Below, piece by piece: positions 12,001 to 23,413 of a DNA stretch of 64,000 nt. The translations under genes were made by a program, and so were the position numbers. The notes under the pieces were generated by a model, which was not told where the DNA came from, did no database searches, and saw nothing but the letters and a program-made list of their open reading frames with translations. Within the stretch, counting starts at the first letter, position 1; every line of letters starts with the position of its first letter. The DNA is from Schizochytrium sp. TIO01 (Eukaryota > Protista > Bigyra: Labyrinthulomycetes). The DNA is taken from the NCBI GenBank assembly GCA_004764695.1, contig SMSO01000032.1:8650483-8714482 (forward strand). Direction: 5' to 3'.

Positions 12001-13278
12001 TTTTCCTTCGCCCCAATGGCAGGAAGCGGCGCAGGCGCTGTTGACCTCAGGCTGTCTTGCGGCCCATTTGCCCTCATGACTTCTAACATTTACGGGTAGG
12101 AGTCCTAGCCGCGACACAACGATATAATCTCGGCATCTGAAAATCTTTTTCCTTGAAAAGTTCGCATTACTATTAGTCGCCAGTACCTGTTACTACTACC
12201 TCTGCTTCCTTCCTCTTTTCGAATTGGCCCGTTTAGCTTTCCCGTTTTCTTTCCTTTTGACTGTACCGATGATGGCCTTTTTGCACCAAAGTTACACTAC
12301 TTTAGTCAGCCGAATGACTCTATTTACAAATGATTTTATGTATACAGTATATATACACTTTAGTGTTTTAAAATAGCAAAAGAAATGAAAAGAAAAGAAG
12401 TTTTTTTTTTGTTTTTTTTTTAACTTTAATTAAAGAGAGAACTTTGTTATCTAATCTGCAGCGTTTGGAGAAAAACGGCCATACAAGCATCGAAAAAGCA
12501 AGAGAAACTTAGAATATCAAGTACAGCAGAGTGGCTAACTAATCGAAGGTTGGTGCTTCGTCCAGCACCAATCGAAACTAGGTCAACCCAGGCAAAGCTG
12601 TTTCTTTAGTGTTTTGATTGAACATCAAAACATATTATTCTTTTCGTTTAAAAAAAAAAAATCAAGTTAAAACGTTTTAAAATTAAATAATGCTTTTAAA
12701 AAACTTAATCTATAAATATTTTAGTTTTGAAAAGATACAAAAATAAAAATAAAAATCGACAAAGGCTTACAACAAAGCAGCGTATTAACGAGGGACTAAG
12801 TTTGATGAAAAATTGAACGCTTTCAAAAGGTTAGAGACTTCAGCCCATTCGACTAGTTGCGGCCATGGAGATGACGACGAATGTTCGATGAAGCGATTGA
12901 GTGAATGCTTGATGACAGGATTTCGTGGGCCATTGGCACTTTACGCCATTCTTCCTTGAGAGCATTTATAGCCCAACCTAACCCCACACACGCAGGTACC
13001 CGCTCTCGTCACCCTCAACCTTCCTGCAGAAATGGTCCCCACCACTGACTGACTCCACTCAAGTCTCCTACGAAACACAATATTCTCTTATCCTTTCAAG
13101 GGCACTTTTAATATTTAATAAAACACACAAAACAAATACATGTGTCAATGCAGTAGACAAGTGGGCTCCACATTCGTCATGCCCAGTTTAGTGTATTTTG
13201 AATAAATAAAATAAAACAAAAAGCAACTTTTAAAAGAAGTAATCTCGAAAAATTGTTGATGCTACTGATAAAAATTAC

Positions 13279-14748
13279 TTATACCACCTCGAGACTTTTC
13301 GAGACTACATTAACATTACCCTTAGAAAGACTCTTCTTCAAGTTTGGCAGCCCGTGGGCGTTCGCAATGACTTTGGTGTGGGGTTGTTCTTCGATATCCT
13401 CATTTGTATGACACAAAATCATCTGCGGGTCACGCTCTTCGCCACCCTGCACTTTTAAAACGTCAGGTGGCGATGCTTTAATTAAATCGTTCAAAAACTC
13501 TTGTGACGACATCTTTTGTAAGTCCAAGTTCGTTTGGTGTATCTGCAAGTGCGTTTGGTTTTTTAATGAAACCACATCCTCTTTTCTAACAGTCTTATTA
13601 TGAAGCTCCGCAGAAGAATTACAAGCCATTGGCGTCTCCGAGTCTGTTACTGGGGTTCCAAGGTCCTCAAGATCGACATCATCATCTAAGTCTTTAGGAT
13701 GCCAATGCCGCAAACCCTGCGCATACGCTGGATAATGATGCCAATGAATATAATACTCAACCAGCAAAATCGCTGGAACAATTGACGTGAGTGCTGCTAT
13801 TGGGTAGGCCACATGAAAAGGTAGCTGAAGGGCAGAGTTGACAAGTTGGATTTGCCATCGTAGGGAAACGGAGCCCCATGTCACCCCCCAGTAATTCCGA
13901 ACCATCCAAGCTTTATGCCTTACAATGTCTCGCCGAATAGCAAACTGTAAGGCAATCAAGACACTCGTGAACCAAAACACACTTACAACACTATAAACAA
14001 CATTTACCACCATACCTCCTTCAGACGTGATACCAAGCCAAAATGATCCACATGATCCAATTAGGACTGCGCAGACATATAAACGGCCCATGTAACGATG
14101 CAGCCTACGATAAGAACGCCTAAAAGGGGTGTAGAAAAGAAAGATACCAAGGAGTAAAGCAACAAGTGAAGTGATGATATGAGTCCACAGTGCTGCACGG
14201 TATTTAAGATACTGAGCTCCCGGGAAGACAAATTTGTTCTCATCATAACAACGAGCTTCCAGAGAAAATTGATCCGCTAATGCACAGGAGACGCTCGCTT
14301 TTAGATCGACACCTTCGTGGCTGCGGTCCAAAAGATAACCTTCAATTCCTTTTACACAGTACCCTACAACTTGGTAGATTGGCACAATATCAACACCGAC
14401 GCTTACACCAAAGAGAAAGTACTTAATACATGAACCAAGGCTGCCAACGAGAAATTCACCATAGCTGACACGAAGGTATACAAGTGAGCATACCATGACA
14501 GAAAACCCCGTCACACCTTGAAACCCGTCAATTGGAAGTGCAAAAGTAAGAACCCCTAAAGCAAATCCGTAAACCACAAGGATTCGGCGGAAGTAGGAGC
14601 CCTGCATATTCCACGGGTACACAATAGATAGCTTTTGGTCCTCTACAGTGCATGTCGCAGTAGCTCTTCTTAAGTTACTCTCCTCGGCTGGGCCTTCATT
14701 CTTACACTGCTGCTCTTTGTTGAGATTCTTAATCCCGTTCATCATCAT
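13279..14748 (-). CDS. Multi-pass membrane protein with DUF2306 domain
   Basis: First in-frame ATG is at 14748 (listed start 14757 is TTG). DUF2306-like motifs HIITSLVALLLGIFLF, RRLHRYMGRLYV, AIRRDIVRHKAWMVRNY. Extra N-terminal hydrophobic helices and a hydrophilic C-tail. Confidence 0.85.
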   Translation of the reverse strand: MMMNGIKNLNKEQQCKNEGPAEESNLRRATATCTVEDQKLSIVYPWNMQGSYFRRILVVYGFALGVLTFALPIDGFQGVTGFSVMVCSLVYLRVSYGEFLVGSLGSCIKYFLFGVSVGVDIVPIYQVVGYCVKGIEGYLLDRSHEGVDLKASVSCALADQFSLEARCYDENKFVFPGAQYLKYRAALWTHIITSLVALLLGIFLFYTPFRRSYRRLHRYMGRLYVCAVLIGSCGSFWLGITSEGGMVVNVVYSVVSVFWFTSVLIALQFAIRRDIVRHKAWMVRNYWGVTWGSVSLRWQIQLVNSALQLPFHVAYPIAALTSIVPAILLVEYYIHWHHYPAYAQGLRHWHPKDLDDDVDLEDLGTPVTDSETPMACNSSAELHNKTVRKEDVVSLKNQTHLQIHQTNLDLQKMSSQEFLNDLIKASPPDVLKVQGGEERDPQMILCHTNEDIEEQPHTKVIANAHGLPNLKKSLSKGNVNVVSKSLEVV

Positions 14749-16066
14749 TATCTCCAAAATTTAATTATAGCCCTTTTCAGATCGTGTCCTGAGTCTACTC
14801 CTCTAATTACTCTCTAATATTATTCCCCTCTGTCGTTACCCCAAGACAGCGTGGGCTCCTACGCGATTTGAATGAAAAACAAAACAAAGGCTCAATTTGG
14901 TTGAATTCAAGGTATTACTCGTCACGAAGATTCGGGACTGCCTTGCAAGTTTTTTAGTTTTTTTACGAATACCATTTATGTATTTATTCAATACATTGTA
15001 TGGCCTTGGTGACTCGGTGCTTGCACGATGGTTAGAACTGCTTGGTACCGAAGTATATATGAGCTGACAGCACCAATCCATGTGATACACCGCGTCAGTC
15101 CATCAAAAATAGTCAACTGGGAACATGAAATGTTATTAAAAGAAACAATTTATTATTATTATTTAGTATGATAATACTTCTAGTCCGGTATCATTAAAAT
15201 GGGCTTATTTATGCTGTGACTTTGATTGATGAGGAGAATAATTCAAACCCGCGCGGAAACGTAGATATGGAACTTCTTGATGGATGGATGGATTTCAACA
15301 ATGTTGATTATTTGATTCAACAAACAAATTCAAGCAACACTTGTCCACTACCCTAAAGTCTAATATTAATATTGTGTCTTGTTAGTGCATTCCAATTTTT
15401 GCAGTTCAGATTAATTAGATATGTGTGCTTAAACTGTCGCAATTACGATGGAGTCGATGGATTTCGCCTCAAACAAACTTGAGATGATGGATGGTGAGCA
15501 ATACATATACGACGCGGTACGAAGTAAGAAGGAATAGTCCACCAGCATGAAAAGGTCTGATCATTTACTTCGGCTCTACAAGTCGAAGGATATACGTCAG
15601 AATTTATGAAGTGAAGATGATGGACCACCTGAATATTGGCATTAATGTCCCAGTGGAAAGGGTCAGTGGTCTGACATGATAAGAGCTACTGCCCCCTCTT
15701 GCGACTGCGCATTACATGAGCGTTTACAAAGAGCTAATGATTCGAGATCGTGACATATAAAAATTTAATTTGAAAATTAGCCTAAACTATCTATCTAGTT
15801 GGAGCTAATGATAAAGCTGAAGCAGCAGGAGCATGTCATAAATCAAAAATGACTTCATGATCCAGTCTCGGAATATTTATCGTATTTGATTATCTTGGGG
15901 AATACGAAGAAAATTTAGTTTACCCCAAGACAACATAAATAGAAAAAGAAGAGCAACAATGGGAAGGAAAGAAGGTTCGAGTTCTTCAAAGCTATCTCAA
16001 GGTGGATGGAACACGAGTCAAGTGAAGGCAGGCTGACTGCAAAAACGCGACTTTAAGTAATGATAT

Positions 16067-16289
16067 TTATCTACGAAGACGCAGGGTCAGGGCACGGTTG
16101 GTCTTGATCTTCTTCTGCAATTGCAAGAGACCGTACAAAAGGGCCTCAGCGGTGGGAGGGCAGCCCGGGACATAGACGTCAACTGGTACAATCTGTATAA
16201 TGAATCCGCATATGAATGAACATTATACACGCACGGAAGTTAGTTTCATGTTTTCTGATCAATGCTTAGTCTGATCCCACCTTCAGACA

Positions 16290-16323
<34 letters not shown>

Positions 16324-17601
16324 AAACGAAATCCACAGCCTCTCATCAATACTGCTGCAGGGGTTAAGTTAAATTCAACTTACGCGGTCACATCCGCGCA
16401 CAACGGAGTAAGAGTAGTGGTAGTAGCCACCACCGTTGGCGCAGCTTCCCATGGAAACAACCCAGCGGGGCTCAGACATCTGATCGTAAACTGTAGTGCA
16501 CAATTTATTGTTCATGATATGTAACAACATCAATAGCGTATCACCATTGTAGAGAAAAGAAAAAACAAAAGGTAAGTTAGCCTCAAGACTTCCGCATTGG
16601 CTCAGCAGTGAGCTTGATAATCATGTAAAAGGAGACAAGATAAAAGTAACGTACCCTTGCGGAGAGCAGGAGCCATCTTGTTGGTGAGGGTACCGGCAAC
16701 AATCATCACATCACTCTGACGGGGGGAGGCACGAAATACAATACCGAAACGATCCATATCGTAACGGGAAGCCTGGGTGTGCATCATCTCGACGGCACAG
16801 CAAGCTAAAAGGTTCCAAAGCGTCCAAATGTAGAAAGTCCCGAGTGCGACAGGCATAGGTTTGACACCAATAGTGTTTCAAAATATTCCCACAAAATCAT
16901 GAGTTGACCAGAAGGCGAAGTAGTAGTAGAAACGGGAGACCAAAAGAAGAATTTAAAAAAAGTATCATCACATAAGCATGCACACAAAAATCACGACAGT
17001 TAGTCAATCATCCCCCAGAAATATACCCCAATCAATGTTTGCATTGTACAGCTAGTATCCATTCAGGATGCTGAGGATCCAAGAGATTGACCTATCTTTT
17101 ATCAGCTACAAGCTTCGCGAAAATAACTACCGCCGACTTGATCAAGCAGCCAAGATCAAATCCACAGAGGCGGCGCACGAATAAATAAAAAAACAATGTT
17201 GGAGTCTAAGAGCTCTGACGCCATTACAATGTACTTTGAACTCGTGAATAAACTCTGCGAACTTGTGAAGGATCCACGAAGCAGCTGATGGAGGGTCCTA
17301 GGGAGTTGGTATATGCAAATAGGGAAAACGTACCCAAACCAAAGGTCATCGGCCAGATGGATCCCTTGCGGGCCCAGTTGACGACGTTGTCGAGCTGAGT
17401 GACGGCGAACTCAACACCGTCCTTGCCCTTGTGAAGAAGGCTGTCGATGGAGGAAGCGCCACCCTGGTCCTTCTGGGTGGGCACGGAGGAGTGCAAGTCG
17501 CGGGCGCCGTTCACGGCGGCGCGGGCCTGGGTGGAGGCCATCATCTGCGGGCGCAAGCCGGCCTGGGCCGGGCGCAGGGAGGCGAGGACGCGACCGAGCA
17601 T
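16067..17601 (-). CDS. NDUFS7: NADH:ubiquinone oxidoreductase 20 kDa Fe-S subunit (PSST/NuoB), 4 exons, 216 aa
   Basis: Exons on minus strand: 17601-17334, 16804-16655, 16490-16384, 16192-16067 (651 nt). All introns are GT-AG (donors GTACGT, GTACGT, GTAAGT) and phases are consistent. Spliced protein contains [55 protein letters not shown] and [15 protein letters not shown], plus a mitochondrial presequence. Confidence 0.96.
16293..16321. repeat. (GA)n microsatellite inside NDUFS7 intron 3
   Basis: Read directly. Confidence 0.9.
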
Positions 17602-20064
17602 TTTCCTGTGCTCCTTAACCACACCAAATGTAATCCTCTCGCGCGCCAATTCGTCGCGGGCCTCCAAGCGAGCTAGCTCTGCCGCCCCGCCTTACTCGGA
17701 GGTGGTCGCCGCAGCAGTGCGTCGGCCGCACCTTATTCCGCCTTAACCTCATTTTCCCGCCACATTCTTTCTTTATATAAATACACCTCATTTAAGGAGG
17801 ATATCACTTCGGAAATTATTTATAAGGAGAACAAATGATTTGCCGAAGAACATAGTGGAACGTTCACTTTGCTCTCCCTCTCTCGTGAACAATAGAACGG
17901 TGTGGAATTTGATGTAGGAGGTCCTATCATGAAAGGAAAGTTGGTGGTGTGTACTTATATTCTCCGACTTGAAGGATGAGTGTTCTGAACGTTCAATAGC
18001 AGCCGCTTTCCCTGCTACTGCCATTAGGCAATTCTAACGCTTGTCTCTGGTGTAGCACCTACCTATTATCAGCTAGCACCAGGTATTCTGTTTAATTAAG
18101 GGAGTTACTACCTATTAGGAAATCTTCGTAATACTAAGTTATTGAGCGCATTAGCAGCAACGATGGACGCCAAGATATTGGTGCCAGATACAAGGCCACC
18201 AGTGTATCTCGGTATGGCTCTAGCTAGGCGCCTGCTCATTGAAGTGATCACGTTGGCGTCGATGTGCGCCATCCCTACGAATCCGAACAGAAGCAGGCGT
18301 AGCTGCAATCTGGCTGAAGAATATTCCTTTCGCCGCCGCTTGCTCTCTAAGTCTTCTCTGAGGCTATCCGTTCCCGAACTGTTCCAACCCAAGTCTTTTT
18401 CTACTAAACACAACATAGTAACTCCTACTTCCCCAGGTGTTCCACTCACGCAGCACACCCCATCTCCGCACAACTGAGGGAGCGCAACCCCACCCTAGTT
18501 CACCCATCTACCGTTATCCATAGCCCATCACCAGCACAGTACCCCTACTGTCCCCCTAACCTAAACCGCACCCTCGGCCACATCCTTAGCGCCTATTTAG
18601 CAGCTCCTAGTGCAAGCATGGTCGCCCTTTCAACGTTTGGCCCCTTTGATTGAGTCCCCCAGGCCTATGTGTCGTTAGCCGAGTACTAGCACTCTTTGGG
18701 CCGAAGATGGCCTCCTAGCGAGAAACCTAAGCCTGCTAGGCCGCGCTCATAGCAAGAACAGTACGAGGAGGAATAATCGGTGTCCTTAGCGGCCCTTAGG
18801 AGGTGTTACAGAGTAGCTTAGTGACCATTAGGTAGTGCTAGGGCTGAGAAAAGAAAGCGAGCAAGTTTGAGAAAGAGATGGAACACTACTAGGCCCAGTA
18901 TGGGGAGGTAGCAGTTCGCTACCGCCAGATAGGACGCGTGGTTGCTAGTGAGCGCGTAGGTACCCCTACTGGCTACCTAGCATAGTCAGAAGAAAGAGGG
19001 AAAGAGAAGAAAGAGGGAAAGGGCAAAGGCGAGTAAACACGAGGACGTCCGGCAAGAGGTCCTTGCGCAGAGCGCTCCTGCTGCCTCTCTCGGGGAGAGC
19101 GCGGCGGATTGTGGAGGCTGGCGGAGGGCCGGCTGGAGGCAAGGTGGCAGACGGGCAGGCAGGCGGGATTTGGCAGGCTGGCTGGCCGAAGGCAGCTGAG
19201 GAGCAGGAGGAGAAAGAATCAAACAGCCGAAGGAAAAAGAAGGGAATAAGCAGAGCTAGCTAGCTAGCTTGCTTGCTTGCTTGCTTGCTGCTGCTGCGCC
19301 TGTGAAGCGAGCGGCTGGAACGCGGAGCGACAGAGAGGAGGGAGGCCGGCGGAGACACGGGCGCAGGCGTGGCCTAGGGCAACGCGAGGCAGGTCCTGAA
19401 CGCAGGAAGCGCCAGGTCTCACGAATTTCAAATTTCAAAACTCGCTGCCGCACCACTCTGAATGGAAGGAAGAGTCCATACTTCTAGCTAGCTAGTATCA
19501 CAACAATACAGTAAGTAGGTACGTAGATACTTGCTTACGTAGGTAGTACGTATTTTCACAAATAACGGGGAAAAAGCCACCCAGGCAGCACAGGAACGAC
19601 TCGGAGGCCGACCCTCTCCTGCGCAAAGCCAGGCAGCGCAACGGCGTCCCGCTTGGAGTAGTCGCGCGACTTTCCCCGGGGTCCGCTATTTCCTGTTGAA
19701 GTTCTGGTTCTTTTCAAATCTGGAATTTGAATTTGAATTTGAATTTGAATTTCGAATTTGAGTTTGAATTTTGAGACCTTGAATTTTGAATTTTTGAATT
19801 TCGAACTTTGAGCTTCGGAGTGGAAAACAACTCAAATTCGAATTGGAGCGTCGAAGGACAAAAGTCGAAGCAGCGTGGACTTGCTTGCGAAGTCTGAGGC
19901 TGCGCATTTGGGGGAAACAGCGGAGGACCCGACCCGATCGAGGCTCCGGCGTCGCTGAGGCCTCCTCCGTGCAGGACTGTGGAAGGCAGTAACTTGCCTT
20001 TCCCAAGACGGTTCGAACAACCCGAACCTCGCGAGCCGCCGCAGGCGCCGCGCCGCGCTTCACA

Positions 20065-22713
20065 ATGCGGCTGCGGCGGCGGAGGCAGCGCGAGGCATCG
20101 CGGCGCGCAAGCCTGGCGCTCGCTGCAGCTGCGGCAGGCGGACAGGCCGGCGCGGCATCTTCAGCTTCGGCAGCGCTGCATGGAGGGCTCGCAGCGCTGG
20201 CGGCGGATTCGGCAACGGGGTCCATGGAGGCACTCGCAAGGGCTGAAGCGGCGGCAGAACGCCGCAGACGCCTAGAACTGCGCGAAGCGGAGTCGCGAAG
20301 GAAACGGCGGAAGCGGCAGCAACAGCAACAGCAGGCACTCGCTAGGGAGGCGAAGGCTGTGCCGACCGTGGTCATTGTTGGAGCAGGTCTTGCAGGACTT
20401 GCTGCAGCACATGAGATGAAACACCGCGGTGTCGAAGTCATCCTTGTGGAAGCACGGGGCCGCGTCGGAGGGCGCGTGCATGCGGCAGAGGTGCTAGGAG
20501 GCGCAGGGCGCGCGGACCTTGGCGCGAGCTTCATCCACGGCATTGAAGAGAACCCGATTGCGCAGCTTGCAGCAAGGTACGAAAGGGAACTTTACAAACA
20601 GGAGGACTCCGCACTTTATGACGCAGATGGACGTGAGATGGGGCGCGCAGACGACAGACTTGCACAAGACATCTTCAACGAGGCCCTTGAGGCTGCCGCT
20701 ATGCGGAGAGAAAACCCGGCGAGGAGACCTGACGCGAGACGGCGCCTGCTTCAGGGCTCAGGAACAAATGCAAACGGTAATGGAGGAGCCAATAGTGCAG
20801 GGGCAAGACGAGGAAGGCGTGGACAGAGGGGACGCAGGACCACAGCAACGGCACTGAATGCAACAGCTGAACCGGCAAGAAGATCAAGGAGACTGGGAGG
20901 AGGAAAAGCTCCGTCGCTCGTGCTCATCAAACAAGACCTGGATTTGGAGCAGCAACAACGGGATAGGGCGAATGAAACAGATGCCGACGCTGACGCAGAC
21001 GACGCATCAGCTCACTCAAGAGAGGACTCTAGTAACACCGAAGATCCTCAACGGGATGCCCCGAAGACAGAACCTGCAGCAGGCACAGGTAATGCTAGCA
21101 GCTCTAGCTCTAGCTCTAGCACGGACCTTGCTCATGCAAACCCAGCTAGCGCAGATTCGTCAGCAACTTTGGACGCAAAGAACAATGAAAGTTTACGTAA
21201 GGAGGTACCTGAAGTTAATGTTGATGTGAGCTCCAGCGAGATGGACAAAGAACTTGGTGAGAGTAGTAACAACGAGCAAAACAGCTATGACAACAATAGC
21301 AAGGGACAGAAGCGACGAAGCGTGTCCCTGCAGCATGCCCTAGACCGTGCATTGGAGGTTGTGGTACCCGAATTAACGGCGCCACAACTCCGTGCCCTGC
21401 AATGGAACATGTCCTACCTTGAGTATTCCCTCAGCAGCGACCTAGACACTGTGAGTAATGAGGACTGGGATGCAGACGATGAGTTTAGCTTTAGTGGGGC
21501 ACATTGTATGGTCCAGGGCGGTATTGGAAGTCTAGCAGAGAACCTTGCTGTTGGCCTCGATATCAGACGTGGGTCACCTGTGAAACACGTTGTGTATGAA
21601 GCAGGGACTGAAGGGACAACTGCCGGACGCCATGGCGTCGAGGTGCGACTTGAGAGCGGTGAGACTATCGTGGCAGATGCATGCCTTATGACGGTGCCGC
21701 TTGGCGTTCTTAAAGCCAAGGCTGTGCAATTTGAGCCTGCCCTACCAGAGGCCAAGCTAGCAGCGATCGAGCGATTAAGCTTTGGCGTCCTGAATAAGAT
21801 AGTCATGGCTTTTGATCATGTGTTCTGGAAAGAGCGTTCTCTGATGGGGTATGCAAGCGAGAAGCGTGGGTTCTATCCTATGTTTTGGGACGCTACACAA
21901 GCTAGTGGAGCACCGGTTCTTATGGCGCTTGTTTCTGGTCGCACCGCGGAAGCCATGGAGAAAAAAACTGACCAAGAGATTCTTGCTGAAGTTCTATCTA
22001 CGCTTCGACTCCTCTACGGCCACAACGCTGTGCCAGAACCAAAGGACCACATCATCACACGCTGGCGCAGTGACCCTTATGCTGGAGGCTCTTATAGCTA
22101 CGTTGGACTAGACGCTTCAGAAAAGGACTATGACCTCATTGCTGCGCCTGTGGCTGCAACGCCTATTAGCGAGTCCCAAGCGGACTTTCGTCTTTTCTTT
22201 GCTGGAGAGGCAACCAACAAATTCTACCCGGCCACTGTTCATGGCGCATTTATGAGTGGTATTCGCGAGGCTCGGCATATTTCCTCATTGCTTCTGCGCA
22301 ATGAAGATGCACTTGGCGATGACCATGCCAATTCTGCAGGCGGCCCGAACGTTCGTGACAATATATTGCGTCGCCTTGGCGCAGTAGCATCGCCTTGCGG
22401 TCGCCTTGCTGTACCACGGCCTCTGAAGAGCTCAGTTGACAAACTTAGCGTTGCCTTTGTGCGTCGCTACATTATTCACAACTTCAGCTTCACGCCGCCA
22501 GCCCCTTTGGAGAACTCGCAAATTATTGATGAGACAGCTACGCACGCCTCCTCTTCCCCTTCTTCATCTTCTTCTTCACCGGCGTCTTCACCATCGTCTA
22601 AATCAAACACACAAGGTCATTTCGAGGTTCCTGCTGCCCCTGTGATTTCCTCTTCAAGCGAGCGCCGGGACGGTTCGATGACATCCAGCGCACCCGTCGC
22701 AGCAGCCCAGTAA
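20065..22713 (+). CDS. Flavin-dependent amine oxidase, LSD1/KDM1-like lysine-specific demethylase
   Basis: 882 aa. FAD motifs VIVGAGLAGLAAA, EARGRVGGRV, DLGASFIHG. LSD1-like segment WNMSYLEY...WDADDEFSFSGAH; GVLNKIV (catalytic Lys position); TRWRSDPYAGGSYS; FAGEAT...ATVHGAFMSGIREA. Confidence 0.88.
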   Translation: MRLRRRRQREASRRASLALAAAAAGGQAGAASSASAALHGGLAALAADSATGSMEALARAEAAAERRRRLELREAESRRKRRKRQQQQQQALAREAKAVPTVVIVGAGLAGLAAAHEMKHRGVEVILVEARGRVGGRVHAAEVLGGAGRADLGASFIHGIEENPIAQLAARYERELYKQEDSALYDADGREMGRADDRLAQDIFNEALEAAAMRRENPARRPDARRRLLQGSGTNANGNGGANSAGARRGRRGQRGRRTTATALNATAEPARRSRRLGGGKAPSLVLIKQDLDLEQQQRDRANETDADADADDASAHSREDSSNTEDPQRDAPKTEPAAGTGNASSSSSSSSTDLAHANPASADSSATLDAKNNESLRKEVPEVNVDVSSSEMDKELGESSNNEQNSYDNNSKGQKRRSVSLQHALDRALEVVVPELTAPQLRALQWNMSYLEYSLSSDLDTVSNEDWDADDEFSFSGAHCMVQGGIGSLAENLAVGLDIRRGSPVKHVVYEAGTEGTTAGRHGVEVRLESGETIVADACLMTVPLGVLKAKAVQFEPALPEAKLAAIERLSFGVLNKIVMAFDHVFWKERSLMGYASEKRGFYPMFWDATQASGAPVLMALVSGRTAEAMEKKTDQEILAEVLSTLRLLYGHNAVPEPKDHIITRWRSDPYAGGSYSYVGLDASEKDYDLIAAPVAATPISESQADFRLFFAGEATNKFYPATVHGAFMSGIREARHISSLLLRNEDALGDDHANSAGGPNVRDNILRRLGAVASPCGRLAVPRPLKSSVDKLSVAFVRRYIIHNFSFTPPAPLENSQIIDETATHASSSPSSSSSSPASSPSSKSNTQGHFEVPAAPVISSSSERRDGSMTSSAPVAAAQ

Positions 22714-23413
22714 CAGATGAAGTGGTCAAAATCGATTGACTAAATCACTGACAGACTGACCAACAATGTTGGGATTTGATAACCAGGTCCACGACACGTA
22801 GCAGAAGTATACCCTTCGCATCAGACTCTTTACGAGTATATACCGACACACAACACTGAATTAATGTACTTTAGGGAGAGTATGACGCCACACACTATCT
22901 TAAAAATCCAATGAACAAAAAGGGTTATTTCTGTACAACCAAAAAGAGATAACTTTTTTAATTTAAAAAATGACACCGGATAAACAAATGACCACAGTGC
23001 ACAATATGCGAAATACAAAGCAACGACATGCATGCACTCATGGAAGAAGTAACCCTTTTATTCTTTGAGGATTGAAAAACTTTAAAAAACATGATTTAAA
23101 AACCTTACTACAACTCGCACAAAACGAAACCATGCCACAAAAGCACCACCGATAACATTACATGGTACGCTCTGATTTGAAATGAAAGCCCGCCCACATT
23201 CTTATAAAAAACTTATCTACACTGTTTTGTTCACATTTTCTATTGTCTCTTTTTCTTCACGAATTTTCGTTTGCCAAGTTCACTTAAAGTATGTTTTCCT
23301 TTCTCTCTGATAATTTGTGTATTCCTCTCCGACAGATTTGCAAACATTAATGGAAATGAACAGAACTTAAAAAAAAAAAAAAACATTGTTTTGTAAGTTA
23401 TCATGCCGATGGA

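Noticed and set aside
16193-17333. Possible intronic box C/D snoRNAs in NDUFS7 (GTGATGA in intron 1, TTGATGA...CTGA in intron 3)
   Set aside because: No suitably placed D box in intron 1. The intron 3 candidate spans a microsatellite and shows no terminal stem or recognisable rRNA guide.
19686-20543. 285-aa minus ORF overlapping the LSD1-like gene start
   Set aside because: GC-rich antisense shadow running into (TTTGAA)n low-complexity sequence.
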